A stretch of DNA of 64,000 bases, from contig CP074575.1 in NCBI GenBank assembly GCA_018394315.1, positions 1,148,615 to 1,212,614 on the forward strand, given 5' to 3'. Shown here piece by piece: positions 1-9,784 of this stretch. The position numbers were made by a program, and so were the translations under genes. Numbering within the stretch: the stretch's first letter is position 1; every line of letters begins with the position of its first letter. The notes below the pieces were generated by a model. It was not told the origin of the DNA and made no database searches. It was given only the letters and a program-made list of their open reading frames with translations. This DNA comes from Mycoplasmatota bacterium. GTDB taxonomy: Bacteria; Bacillota_I; Bacilli_A; MAG-NZ.

Positions 1-2
1 AT

Positions 3-818
3 AAGAATACTATTAAACTAGCTACTAAGATGGTTATCAAAATGATGCGATATCATAAAATGATATCTTTAATTCCAACTAACTATTTCATCCTGGGTTA
101 TGAGCCTATAGAAGGAAGTGAAATGGGGAATGTACAGCTTGCTCAAGCGATGACTAGATTTGCTCCTGCTAAAGAAAAGGTATATGCTTTAAGACCTGTA
201 GGTGATAAGTACGAAATTGATTACTTTGGTATCATAAATGGACTTAAGAGATTTAATAGACAAAGATTACCCGTTAGGATTATGGGATTCCCATCATATC
301 TATATATGATTATAAATACAATGAAAGATGCAGGTATGAAACCTTTAAAGTTAAACAAGAAGTCAATTGTTTTAACAGGCGGGGGTTGGAAAAAGTATGA
401 TGATTTAATGATTGATAAATCTGAGTATTACCAGTTGATCGAGGAGTACTTAGGCATACCAGCAGAAAATTGTAGAGATTTTTATAGTGCTGTAGAACAT
501 AGTGTTGCTTATCCAGAGTGTAAGAATCATCATATGCATGTTCCTATTTGGAGTAGAGTTATTATACGAGATCCTTTAACTTTAGAGCCGCTAGGGTATA
601 ACAAACCTGGTTTCTTAAATTTTGTCAGTCCATTGGTTTCTTCACAACCGATCTCTTCAATATTAATGGGTGATTTAGGTGTTTTAAGAGATGGTAAGAG
701 TTGTGGTTGTGGAATTGAAACACCTTACTTTGAAGTTCTAGGAAGAGCTGGAACCGCTAAGGTTAGAAGTTGTGCTGTAGCAGCTAATGAGTATATTAAG
801 GGGGATCAAAATGGATAG
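3..818 (+). CDS. LuxE-family acyl-protein synthetase, 5'-truncated by the window edge
   Basis: Frame is open from base 3. Motifs TGGGWK, RDFYSAVEH, ILMGDLG and FEVLGRAG...RSCA are typical of LuxE-like proteins. Stop overlaps the start of a LuxC-like gene. Confidence 0.85.
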   Translation, partial: KNTIKLATKMVIKMMRYHKMISLIPTNYFILGYEPIEGSEMGNVQLAQAMTRFAPAKEKVYALRPVGDKYEIDYFGIINGLKRFNRQRLPVRIMGFPSYLYMIINTMKDAGMKPLKLNKKSIVLTGGGWKKYDDLMIDKSEYYQLIEEYLGIPAENCRDFYSAVEHSVAYPECKNHHMHVPIWSRVIIRDPLTLEPLGYNKPGFLNFVSPLVSSQPISSILMGDLGVLRDGKSCGCGIETPYFEVLGRAGTAKVRSCAVAANEYIKGDQNG

Positions 819-2103
819 CCTATTTAGAGGAGAACTAGTTACTAAATCTGAATTTATAAATAGACTTGATGAATATAAAGAAATTATACAAGATGATTTA
901 ATAAAAGAGCCAATTAACCAAGAAATAGTTATTGAAGCTTTACATAAGTTAGCTACCGAAATTAATAAAGATCAAATAATTGAGAAGCTACTTAAAATGG
1001 AGATGCCAGAATGGGCAATAAGTATATATATAGATCAAGCTATTAAAAGTATTGAAAGGGAAGAAATTAATAAGAAGTTACTAAGAGAGTTGGGAGAAAA
1101 GCCATTTGAGTGGAAGAAAGTAACAGACCAAATAGAGGAGAGAAAATATCCCTTAGGAGTAATTATGCATATCGGAGCGGGTAATGCATTAGGATTATCT
1201 GCATTAAGTGTTATGGAAGGATTATTAACAGGAAACATTAATATATTGAAATTACCTGAACACGAGGGGGGTATTTCATTAGATATATTAATAAAACTAG
1301 TAGAAATTGAACCTCGACTAAAACCTTATATTTACGTGATAAATGTTTCTTCGAAAAATGAAGAAGTGATAAGTAAATTAATAGAATTAGTAGATGCAGT
1401 TCTTGTTTGGGGTGGTGATGAAGCAATTAATGCTTTAAGACATCTTACGCCACCAACAATTAAATTAATTGAATGGGGACATAGGTTAAGTTTTGCATAC
1501 TTTACAAAACAGGAGAGTTATGAATTAGACTTAGAAGCTTTAGCGAATGATATTGTACAAACCGATCAGCTTTACTGTAGTTCTCCACAGTGCATCTTTT
1601 TAGAAACGGAAAGTAAAAGGGAACTAGATGAGTTTGCATATCAGCTTTTTGAAAAGATAAAAAATGTATCTAGTAAATACCCATCAAGCAAAAGATCGTT
1701 AGATGTTCAATCACAAATCACTTGGACAAGAGAACTCGTGAAAACAGAAGAAGTTCTTGGCGAAAAGAAATTATATGTGGATGAAACTAAAGAGTATAGT
1801 GTTTTGGTTGATTATATACCAAGATTAACTCCATCACCTTTATTCCGTAACATTTGGGTAATGCCAATTAAAAGAAACGAAATTCTTAATTTATTAAGAA
1901 AAGAAAAAGGGCACTTGCAGACAGTAGGACTTAGCTGTATGAAAGAAGATTTAGATGAAATGTCTAATATTTTTTACTCAGCAGGAGTTAATAGAGTTAT
2001 GCAGTGCGGTGAAATGTCAAGTAATTATAGTGGGGAGCCCCATGATGGAGAATTTGCTTTACTTAAGTATGTGAGAGTTGTGAACAGAAAAATAGCAAAA
2101 TAG
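811..2103 (+). CDS. LuxC-family acyl-CoA reductase
   Basis: ALDH-like fold motifs PLGVIMHIGAGN, NILKLP, VWGGDEAI, EWGHRLSF, catalytic-Cys motif QLYCSSPQ and C-terminal PHDG. SD AAGGGG precedes ATG 811. Confidence 0.85.
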   Translation: MDSLFRGELVTKSEFINRLDEYKEIIQDDLIKEPINQEIVIEALHKLATEINKDQIIEKLLKMEMPEWAISIYIDQAIKSIEREEINKKLLRELGEKPFEWKKVTDQIEERKYPLGVIMHIGAGNALGLSALSVMEGLLTGNINILKLPEHEGGISLDILIKLVEIEPRLKPYIYVINVSSKNEEVISKLIELVDAVLVWGGDEAINALRHLTPPTIKLIEWGHRLSFAYFTKQESYELDLEALANDIVQTDQLYCSSPQCIFLETESKRELDEFAYQLFEKIKNVSSKYPSSKRSLDVQSQITWTRELVKTEEVLGEKKLYVDETKEYSVLVDYIPRLTPSPLFRNIWVMPIKRNEILNLLRKEKGHLQTVGLSCMKEDLDEMSNIFYSAGVNRVMQCGEMSSNYSGEPHDGEFALLKYVRVVNRKIAK

Positions 2104-2131
2104 AACATACAAAGAAAAGAGAAGGATGTAT

Positions 2132-2282
2132 ATGTAAAAAAGCAACGTTGAACGGGTTACTACTAATAATATTCATACTAAAAAGTTGTGAAGAGGTTGT
2201 AATTGGAGTTATTGAAAGAGGTCATTATTCAGAATCTACCGAACAAAATTCTGTTGATTTTGAATTCACAGTCGGAGGATAG
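2132..2282 (+). pseudogene. Possible frameshifted remnant of a lipoprotein gene
   Basis: SD GAAGGA, ATG 2132, then one extra T. The +1 frame reads KKATLNGLLLIIFILKSC..., resembling a signal peptide and lipobox, and stops at 2282. Confidence 0.3.
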
Positions 2283-2285
2283 GAT

Positions 2286-2903
2286 ATGAATTTAACTAGG
2301 CTTAAGAATTTAGAAAGAGATTTTCTAGAAGTACACCCAGAGGGTTTTGATTCTGAAGAAATGAAAAAAATAGCCAAGAAACACAATCTTGGTAAAAATA
2401 TAGAATTTGTTCATAAAGTGTGTTCGAAAGAACACTTAGATCAAGGAATCAATATAATTGAAGATATAATTAAGATTGTTACAAAATCTTCAATGGTTTC
2501 AGTATTTGAAAAGGTTAAGTTTAGAGATTTAGTAAGAGAGTTTAATGATTTTGATCAACAGTTACTGGTAGATAGTCTTTATGAGAATATTTATGGTGAT
2601 GAGGAAAAAGGATTTGATATGTTAGTAAAATTATTGTCTCCATATAAACTCGCTAAATGGCCTATTATTACAGTTTTTAGGGCTTACTATAATTCTAATT
2701 ATGATGTATTTATGAAACCAACTACAGTAAAAAAGGTTATAAGTTATTTAGAACTTGATGGGATCAAATATAATTCAAAACCTGACTTTCAACTATATAA
2801 AAGATATAGAGAATATATTAATATATTGAAGGGTCAAGTAGATAAAAGATTGTCACCTGATAATCCGGCATTCTCAGGTTTTTTAATGTTAACAATCAAT
2901 TGA
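2286..2903 (+). CDS. Hypothetical protein (205 aa)
   Basis: SD GGAGG, long ORF with host-like codon usage; no family recognised with confidence. Confidence 0.8.
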   Translation: MNLTRLKNLERDFLEVHPEGFDSEEMKKIAKKHNLGKNIEFVHKVCSKEHLDQGINIIEDIIKIVTKSSMVSVFEKVKFRDLVREFNDFDQQLLVDSLYENIYGDEEKGFDMLVKLLSPYKLAKWPIITVFRAYYNSNYDVFMKPTTVKKVISYLELDGIKYNSKPDFQLYKRYREYINILKGQVDKRLSPDNPAFSGFLMLTIN

Positions 2904-3071
2904 TTTTTGTTTATTGTCGATATAGACGGATTAATTTCAGAAATCATAATTAAGTTTATAAATCACTTTTCTAGTATAAATTTAATATGAAAACATAGAT
3001 TATAGTGTATATTTTCATATTGTAGAAGAAGATTTGATGAAATTTAACGAACTGTATGAAATATTTATAAC

Positions 3072-3097
3072 AAAGAACTCTTTTAAAAGAGTTCTTT
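3072..3097. terminator. Perfect 26-bp palindrome, probable intrinsic terminator
   Basis: AAAGAACTCTTTT/AAAAGAGTTCTTT downstream of the 2286..2903 gene. Confidence 0.55.
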
Positions 3098-3292
3098 TGT
3101 TCTATTTAGTTAGACAAGAGAAGAACTAATCTATCGAATTTATATTTAGGCGGAGTAATTATAGTTTGTCAGGCTTGTCACTATGAATTGTCAAAATCCA
3201 TATTATAAAACAGTGAGGAGGGAGTGAAATTAATAGTGTAGGTGGTGATAAGACAAAAAGAGTTATTGAATAGTTCGTAAGGGGGGGGTGAA

Positions 3293-3499
3293 ATGAAGGA
3301 TAAAGCAAAGATATATTTTACAGCTGCTCTATTAAGTGTATTTGTTATATATCATTTTATTAAAGCTTATACACCATGGCCGTTTGAGTTTGATCCAGAG
3401 TTGGGAAATACAATCACAGTGTATTTAACATCTGGATTAGGATTTATATTCGGTGTTGAGATAGGGCAACTCATTGAAAAGAATAGGAATAATAAATAG
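3293..3499 (+). CDS. Small two-TM membrane protein
   Basis: Strong SD (AAGGGGGGGGTG), two hydrophobic segments, followed by a terminator. Confidence 0.65.
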   Translation: MKDKAKIYFTAALLSVFVIYHFIKAYTPWPFEFDPELGNTITVYLTSGLGFIFGVEIGQLIEKNRNNK

Positions 3500-3516
3500 A
3501 GGATATACAATAAAAA

Positions 3517-3551
3517 AATGACTTTGTTGCAAAAAATGCAACAAAGTCATT
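3517..3551. terminator. Bidirectional intrinsic terminator
   Basis: AATGACTTTGTTGCA-N5-TGCAACAAAGTCATT between convergent genes. Confidence 0.75.
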
Positions 3552-3576
3552 ACCAATTAAGTTAATCTTATTTGTA

Positions 3577-4218
3577 CTAGAATCTTGTAACTTGTTTCTT
3601 AGACATAAACAAACTATCGTAGAGATTTGAATAAAAACCTATGACAGGTCCCATAGCAAGAGCTAGTATTAAAGTACCAAAGCTTACATATCCTAGTCCT
3701 TCACCCGCTAGTAAACTGAATAATAAAGCAGTGATTAGAAAAAAGAAATCTACACCTACTTTTACAAGTTTTAGATTGTCTGTCTTGAATACTTTTACAA
3801 GTGTAAGCATAAATTGCTCAGGGACAGAAGGTGGCAAGTTCGATTTTATAAAGAATGTGACACCTAAACATATCAGTAAAACCGCAAAGAAGAAGTAAAA
3901 CCATCCTAAGTTATAAATTTCTACATTACTAAAAATAAATTTCATAAAAAACTCTACCGTATACCCGATTATGATGTTTGATAATACGCAGAACAAGTAT
4001 ACTATTTTAAAATCGATAATTAGTATTACTACCAAAAATACTGATGCAAATATTAGTGATGCTGTACCAACAGAAATATTTAATAGTAAACTTAAGTTCG
4101 TCCAGCTTGCATCGTATGATGTTAATCCTTTTTCAGATATAATTGCAAAGCTGATTCCCATTGATAATATAATTAAACCCAAAAGCCAATTAGTTATATT
4201 CCGCTTTGTAAGATTCAT
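3577..4218 (-). CDS. YczE/YyaS/YitT-family membrane protein
   Basis: Six hydrophobic segments in two similar halves; GLTSYD and GTLILALAMGPVI motifs. Confidence 0.75.
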   Translation of the reverse strand: MNLTKRNITNWLLGLIILSMGISFAIISEKGLTSYDASWTNLSLLLNISVGTASLIFASVFLVVILIIDFKIVYLFCVLSNIIIGYTVEFFMKFIFSNVEIYNLGWFYFFFAVLLICLGVTFFIKSNLPPSVPEQFMLTLVKVFKTDNLKLVKVGVDFFFLITALLFSLLAGEGLGYVSFGTLILALAMGPVIGFYSNLYDSLFMSKKQVTRF

Positions 4219-4240
4219 AGCTTCCTCCCTAAATTAGTTT

Positions 4241-4279
4241 TAAAAAGAGCGCATTGATTAAGGAAATTACGCTCTTTTT
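4241..4279. terminator. Intrinsic terminator after dhaL
   Basis: AAAAAGAGCG...CGCTCTTTTT inverted repeat. Confidence 0.6.
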
Positions 4280-4284
4280 GATAT

Positions 4285-4920
4285 TTATAAGTTAGCAATT
4301 ACTTTATAGAAACCTTCTATAAATAACTTTCCTACTGTAGCTCCAGGATCTTGTTTTCCAACTGATTTTTCTTGAAATACTGCAGCTTTTCCGTGTGTTG
4401 ATGCCATATTAATTGTACTTTCAAGTCCGTCTACACTAGCTTTATAGGCTTCGTTTATTGATAGTCGTAGGTCTTTACCCTCAAGAACAGATTCTTTTAA
4501 AGATTCTGAAGCTGGATAAAGGGAATCAATCACTGTTTTATCACCAGGTTTTCCTTTACCTCTTTCCATAACTCCGATAACGAAATTATCAAAAAAAGCG
4601 GCCATTTCCTCATCATTGAATGAGTTATTTCCTTTTAATGCTTTTCCCGCCTTCATTAATCCTGACGCCATAAGTGTACCCATTGTTGAAGGTACAGTGT
4701 TTGCTAAGTTTGAGCCTAGTTTAAACAATAATTTACCTAAATCTTCTTCATGGATATTAGTCACAATTGACGCTAACTCAGAAAATCCCTTACTCATTGT
4801 TAACCCTAGGTCTCCATCACCAATTGCTGCATCAAGCTCTGTAAGATAATTTTTGTTTTCAACCATGATGTCACCAAGTGTGATGAATATTCGATTTATG
4901 TGTTCTCTATTTATTTGCAT
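4285..4920 (-). CDS. dhaL: Dihydroxyacetone kinase-family subunit L
   Basis: LDAAIGDGDLG, GKPGDKTVID and QDPGA motifs. Confidence 0.9.
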   Translation of the reverse strand: MQINREHINRIFITLGDIMVENKNYLTELDAAIGDGDLGLTMSKGFSELASIVTNIHEEDLGKLLFKLGSNLANTVPSTMGTLMASGLMKAGKALKGNNSFNDEEMAAFFDNFVIGVMERGKGKPGDKTVIDSLYPASESLKESVLEGKDLRLSINEAYKASVDGLESTINMASTHGKAAVFQEKSVGKQDPGATVGKLFIEGFYKVIANL

Positions 4921-4929
4921 GATACCCTC

Positions 4930-5931
4930 CTATTTTTGAGAGAAGAATGGTGTGTGTGCTGGCTTAAGTAATAAACGCTTAGTCTCTTCATCTAGTTTCA
5001 AAATAGTTAAAGATGCACCAACCATTTCCATTGATGTAGCAAACTCACCTAAGTATGTTTTGACTACCTTTATACCAAGATTAGTAAGAGTTTCTTCAAC
5101 CTTGTTGTACATAATATATAATTCTTCTTTAGGTGTTCCCCCTAAACTGTTCACTAAAACTGAAACTTCATCACCAGCTTTTAACGGATTATCTCCTAAA
5201 ATGTTATCTAGCATTATTTCTACAATCTCATTAGCTGTTTTTAGTGGACCTTTATCTATTCCAGGTTCACCATGAATCCCCATACCTAATTCCATCATTC
5301 CATCTTCAACTGTGAAGTTTGCTTTTCCGATTTCTGGAATAATACAAGGTGAGAGTGCAACGCCCATTGTTCTTACATTAGCGCCAACTTTTTCAGCAAC
5401 TCTTTTTACATTATCTAAATCCATCATTTCATCTGCAGCGGCACCTGCGATTTTAAACATATAGAAGATTCCTGCAACACCTCTTCTTTTATGCTCTTCA
5501 CCTTTTTTAGCTGAAGCTACATCATCTGCGCCCACAACAGATTCAACTCTAATATCAGATTCCATATCAGCCATTTCTGCTGCCATATCAAAATTCATTA
5601 TGTCACCAGTGTAATTACCATATATGTATAAAACTCCGGCACCAGCATTGATTGCCTTTGTTACTTCAAACATTTGATTAGCACTAGGTGACTGAAATAC
5701 TCCACCAACTGAACAGCCATCGATCATTCCTTCACCAACGTAACCTAAAAATACTGGTAAGTGTCCTGATCCACCTCCTGTAGCAATACCTACTCTACCT
5801 GGTTTAATATCTTTTTTTACGTAACATCTTAAATCATCATTTACGTAGGTAACCATATCAGAGTGTGCTTTATAAATTCCCTTTAGTGTTTCATCTGCAT
5901 AATTTTCTGGTTTATTTAAAATTCTTTTCAT
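4930..5931 (-). CDS. dhaK: Dihydroxyacetone kinase-family subunit K
   Basis: GGGSGH, NYTGDIMNF, RRGVAG, MGIHGEPG and ATSMEM motifs. Confidence 0.92.
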   Translation of the reverse strand: MKRILNKPENYADETLKGIYKAHSDMVTYVNDDLRCYVKKDIKPGRVGIATGGGSGHLPVFLGYVGEGMIDGCSVGGVFQSPSANQMFEVTKAINAGAGVLYIYGNYTGDIMNFDMAAEMADMESDIRVESVVGADDVASAKKGEEHKRRGVAGIFYMFKIAGAAADEMMDLDNVKRVAEKVGANVRTMGVALSPCIIPEIGKANFTVEDGMMELGMGIHGEPGIDKGPLKTANEIVEIMLDNILGDNPLKAGDEVSVLVNSLGGTPKEELYIMYNKVEETLTNLGIKVVKTYLGEFATSMEMVGASLTILKLDEETKRLLLKPAHTPFFSQK

Positions 5932-5968
5932 GTTTAATCCTCCTTAAAGTAGTACTGGTTTTAAAAAA

Positions 5969-5997
5969 ATGTTAGCATATGAAAACGCTTATGTCAA
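5969..5997 (-). promoter_or_regulatory. SigA-type promoter of dhaKL with a cre/LacI-type operator in the spacer
   Basis: Minus strand TTGACA-17-TAACAT with extended TG; spacer contains TAAGCGTTTTCA. Confidence 0.65.
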
Positions 5998-6203
5998 AGA
6001 AAAATCTAGAACTTATTTTATTTAAAAAAAACATAATTTTTTTTGGAGATAGTAAAAAAATTTAGTATAAGGATAGTGCACAAACTGTATTAGCACCAAA
6101 AAGTGAGACACAATGCAATATTACGTTACTAAAATTGTTTAGTTATATCTAAAAAATCGTAAGTAAGGGGCTAAAAAGTAGCATTTTTTGGCATTATTGT
6201 GGC

Positions 6204-6233
6204 GTTGACAACGTTTTCAACACTTGTTAATAT
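6204..6233 (+). promoter_or_regulatory. SigA-type promoter of the sugar ABC operon with an overlapping cre/LacI-type operator
   Basis: TTGACA(6205)-17-TAATAT(6228) with extended TG; near-palindrome GTTGACAACGTTTTCAAC overlaps the -35. Confidence 0.7.
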
Positions 6234-6274
6234 AGACGAAAGTAAATAAATTTAATTCTCAAGAGGGTGTATTT

Positions 6275-7762
6275 ATGAAGTCTGAATTTATTAGATTAGA
6301 TGATATCAGTAAGTCGTTTTATGGAGTTAAGGCACTAAGTAATGTATCAGTTACTATTAACAGAGGAGAGGCGTATTGTCTTGCAGGAGAGAATGGTAGT
6401 GGTAAGTCTACCTTGATAAAGATTATCGCTGGAGTTTATAGTAAAGATAATGGATCTATATATGTTGATGGAAATGTTGTTCATGATATGAATCCCAATA
6501 AATCTATGGATTTAGGAGTTCAGATTATTTATCAAGATTTTTCTTTGTTTCCTAATTTAACAGTAGCAGAGAATATTGCTTATTATAATCAAATCGTAAA
6601 TAAAAGAAAAAGAGTTGACTGGAACAATATAGAGTCAATTGCGAAAGAAGCATTAGACCAACTAAATTTAAAAATTGACTTAAATAAGTTAGTTGGGGAA
6701 TTGACCGTAGCAGAAAGACAGCTTGTAGCAATCGCCAGAGCAATAACTCAAGATGCAAAGTTATTGATTATGGACGAGCCTACGACTACTTTAACTAATG
6801 TTGAAATTGATGCTTTATTCGAGATTGTAAGAGATTTGAAATCAAGAGGCATATCAATTCTATTCATAAGCCATAAGTTAGATGAAGTATTTAAAGTAAG
6901 CGAGAAGATAATAATCTTACGAAATGGGAAAAAAGTGGCTGAAGGAAATATTGAAGACTTTGATAACGATAAAGTCTCTTATTATATGACTGGTCGTGAG
7001 ATCACTAGTGAAGGTTTTGGATTTGATGGTGATACTGATGACTTAATCTTATCTGTTAAAGATCTAAATAAAGAAGAAGAGTATTCCGACATTAATTTTG
7101 ATTTGTCTCGTGGCGAGGTACTTGGAATTACTGGACTTTTAGGTTCAGGAAGAACAAAGTTAGCAAACTCATTATTTGGGGTAAGTCCTGCAGATTCAGG
7201 TACATTGGTTCTAAATGGTGAGACAATAAGTATTGATTCTGTTCAAGATGCAATTGATCATAAGATTGCTTATGTTCCAGAAGATAGAATTACAGAAGGA
7301 CTTTTCTTACAAAGATCAATCGGGAATAATATTATCTCGACTATCGTAGATAAGTTTAAACGTAAATTTGGGATAGTTGATGAAAAAGAAGAAGAAAAAG
7401 AAATACTATCTTGGATTGATAAATTGAAGATCAAGGTAGCATCTCATGAAAAACCTGTTAGGTCGTTATCTGGTGGGAATCAACAAAGGGTAGTAATTGC
7501 AAGAGCATTGGCTACTAATCCAGAAGTATTAATACTAAATTGCCCTACCGTTGGTGTTGACGTAGGCTCAAAAGAAGAAATACATAAAATTATTCGTGAA
7601 CTGGCAAAACAAAACATTGGTGTTATTGTAATTTCGGATGATATTCCCGAATTACTTCAAACATGTAATCGTGTTTTAATCATGAAAAAAGGAAGAATAA
7701 CAAACGAAGTTAAAATTTCAGACTGTGATGAAGCTCACATTCAAGAATTGATGCTTTCATAA
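6275..7762 (+). CDS. Monosaccharide (CUT2) ABC transporter ATP-binding protein, two NBDs
   Basis: GENGSGKST, MDEPT, ISHKL; second half has LSGGNQQ. Confidence 0.95.
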   Translation: MKSEFIRLDDISKSFYGVKALSNVSVTINRGEAYCLAGENGSGKSTLIKIIAGVYSKDNGSIYVDGNVVHDMNPNKSMDLGVQIIYQDFSLFPNLTVAENIAYYNQIVNKRKRVDWNNIESIAKEALDQLNLKIDLNKLVGELTVAERQLVAIARAITQDAKLLIMDEPTTTLTNVEIDALFEIVRDLKSRGISILFISHKLDEVFKVSEKIIILRNGKKVAEGNIEDFDNDKVSYYMTGREITSEGFGFDGDTDDLILSVKDLNKEEEYSDINFDLSRGEVLGITGLLGSGRTKLANSLFGVSPADSGTLVLNGETISIDSVQDAIDHKIAYVPEDRITEGLFLQRSIGNNIISTIVDKFKRKFGIVDEKEEEKEILSWIDKLKIKVASHEKPVRSLSGGNQQRVVIARALATNPEVLILNCPTVGVDVGSKEEIHKIIRELAKQNIGVIVISDDIPELLQTCNRVLIMKKGRITNEVKISDCDEAHIQELMLS

Positions 7763-7779
7763 GTTGGGGGAAGAGTTAG

Positions 7780-8766
7780 ATGATTAAAAAAGTTAAATTA
7801 CAAAATGAACTATTCCTACTAGGAGTTTTAGTAATTATATGTGGTGTGTTTACTAGTATAAATCCAAATTTCTTGTCAGTGACTAATTTCTTAAATATAA
7901 CAAAGAACAGTATTGAAATAGGGATATATGCTATTGGAGTATTATTAATTCTAATATCAGGCGGAATCGACATTTCATTTATGGCGGTCTCAGTATTCAG
8001 TATGTATGCAACCGTTAAGTTTTCATTGTTGATTAATCCTGATATGCATATACTGTTTATATTTTTAATCTCTGGAATAATTGGTTCAACATTAGGACTG
8101 ATTAACGGATATATTATTTCAAAATTCAATTTACCTGCATTTATTGTTACACTAGGTACTTCTAAGATATTTGTAGGGATTTTACAAGCATATATCGGGG
8201 CTAAACAAATTGGTTCAAGAGATTTACCGACTGGAATGAAATCTTATTCTAGTTTGAACTTGTTTGAGTATGTCTCGGATAATGGAATTGTTTATGGGTT
8301 GCATAGCGCAACTTTAATACTCATTGTGATTTTAGTTCTTGCTTGGTATGTCTTAAAGTATACTCAATTTGGTAGAAACATTTACGCAATTGGTGGTGAC
8401 AGGATTTCTGCTAAAAGAGTTGGAATAAACATTATGAAAACCAATCTGATTGCTTTTGCACTAGTTGGAGCGCTAGCAGGAGTTACTGGAATCATACATT
8501 CGTCATTCGTTATGCTAGCAAGTCCATTCGATTTAATTGATAAAGAACTTAATGTAATTGCTGCGGTTGTATTAGGTGGAGCTAGTATCTTTGGTGGAAA
8601 AGGAACAGTTCTAGGTACCTTAATTGGTGTGGTAATTATCGTAATAATTAATAGTAGTTTGATTTTATTAGGTATACCTTCATTCTGGCAAAAAGTTGTC
8701 GTAGGTGTAATTATTATAGTTTCCGTATCACTTCAAGCTCTTAGGGAAAGAAATAGGAGAGATTAG
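7780..8766 (+). CDS. Sugar ABC transporter permease
   Basis: SGGIDIS, GRNIYAIGG and VIAAVVLGGASIFGG motifs (RbsC-type). Confidence 0.93.
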   Translation: MIKKVKLQNELFLLGVLVIICGVFTSINPNFLSVTNFLNITKNSIEIGIYAIGVLLILISGGIDISFMAVSVFSMYATVKFSLLINPDMHILFIFLISGIIGSTLGLINGYIISKFNLPAFIVTLGTSKIFVGILQAYIGAKQIGSRDLPTGMKSYSSLNLFEYVSDNGIVYGLHSATLILIVILVLAWYVLKYTQFGRNIYAIGGDRISAKRVGINIMKTNLIAFALVGALAGVTGIIHSSFVMLASPFDLIDKELNVIAAVVLGGASIFGGKGTVLGTLIGVVIIVIINSSLILLGIPSFWQKVVVGVIIIVSVSLQALRERNRRD

Positions 8767-8767
8767 C

Positions 8768-9781
8768 ATGGTGAAAACATTAAGACAATATTATAACAAG
8801 GTTACAAATTTCTATAGAAACATTAATATTAATGATAGCGCAAAGAATTTAATAGTAATTTCTATATTAATATTAGTATTTCTGACTTTGAAAAATCCTA
8901 GATTTATATCGGTTAATAGTTTGAAGTCAATGGCATTTCAGATTCCTGAAATAGGTATATTAGTACTTGCGATTTCAATAGTAATGATAGCAGGTGGAAT
9001 AGATTTAAGTATTGTAGGTATAGCGAATTTATCTTCTATAACTGCGGCTTTATTTATGATTAATACCGTGAGTGATTCAACTACACCTGGTATGCGTATG
9101 CTAATCGTTCTAATTGCAATAATTATAGCGGGGATAGTAGGTATAATATCAGGGATTCTAAATGGATTATTAGTTGCATACATGAAAATCGCACCAATCT
9201 TAGTAACTTTAGGAACAATGAGTTTGTTTACAGGGGTAGCGGTAGTTATTACAAAAGGAACAGCTGTATACAATTTCCCTGAAGAGTTTTTGTATATTGG
9301 AACTAAGACTTTTGGGTTTATAACATTTCCGTTTGTTATATTCCTAATATTAGCACTATTAGTAGGATTACTTTTAAGCAAAACTGCCTTTGGTAGAAGA
9401 ATTTATATGATTGGTACAAACATTAAAGCAGCTAATTTTGCGGGTATAAAAACAAAAGTGAATATACTTTATGCATATATGTTTAGTGGATTTTTAGCGG
9501 CAATGGCTGGTATTATGATGATTGCTAAAACTAACTCGGCAAAAGCTGACTACGGATCATCATATGTCCTTCAGGCTATCCTTATTGCCATCTTAGGTGG
9601 GGTTGATCCTGATGGTGGTGAAGGTAGAGTAAGTGGAATCATTATGTCAATTATAACAGTTCAATTTATATCAACAGGCTTCACAATGTTAAGGATAAAT
9701 GATTTTGTTAAGGGCGTTGCTTGGGGAGCATTATTACTATTTGTTATTATTTTAAAAGTTAGGAATCATGTTAAGGAGTAA
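8768..9781 (+). CDS. Sugar ABC transporter permease
   Basis: AGGIDLS, GRRIYMIG and AILGGVDPDGGEG motifs. Confidence 0.93.
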   Translation: MVKTLRQYYNKVTNFYRNININDSAKNLIVISILILVFLTLKNPRFISVNSLKSMAFQIPEIGILVLAISIVMIAGGIDLSIVGIANLSSITAALFMINTVSDSTTPGMRMLIVLIAIIIAGIVGIISGILNGLLVAYMKIAPILVTLGTMSLFTGVAVVITKGTAVYNFPEEFLYIGTKTFGFITFPFVIFLILALLVGLLLSKTAFGRRIYMIGTNIKAANFAGIKTKVNILYAYMFSGFLAAMAGIMMIAKTNSAKADYGSSYVLQAILIAILGGVDPDGGEGRVSGIIMSIITVQFISTGFTMLRINDFVKGVAWGALLLFVIILKVRNHVKE

Positions 9782-9784
9782 ATT

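Noticed and set aside
3205..3292. Several SD-like G-rich tracts upstream of the 68-aa ORF
   Set aside because: Only the last leads into a credible ORF; no structure or repeat could be supported.
7530..7562. Walker B of the second NBD reads LILNCPT instead of DEPT
   Set aside because: One degenerate ATP site is normal in tandem-NBD monosaccharide ABC ATPases; not evidence of a pseudogene.
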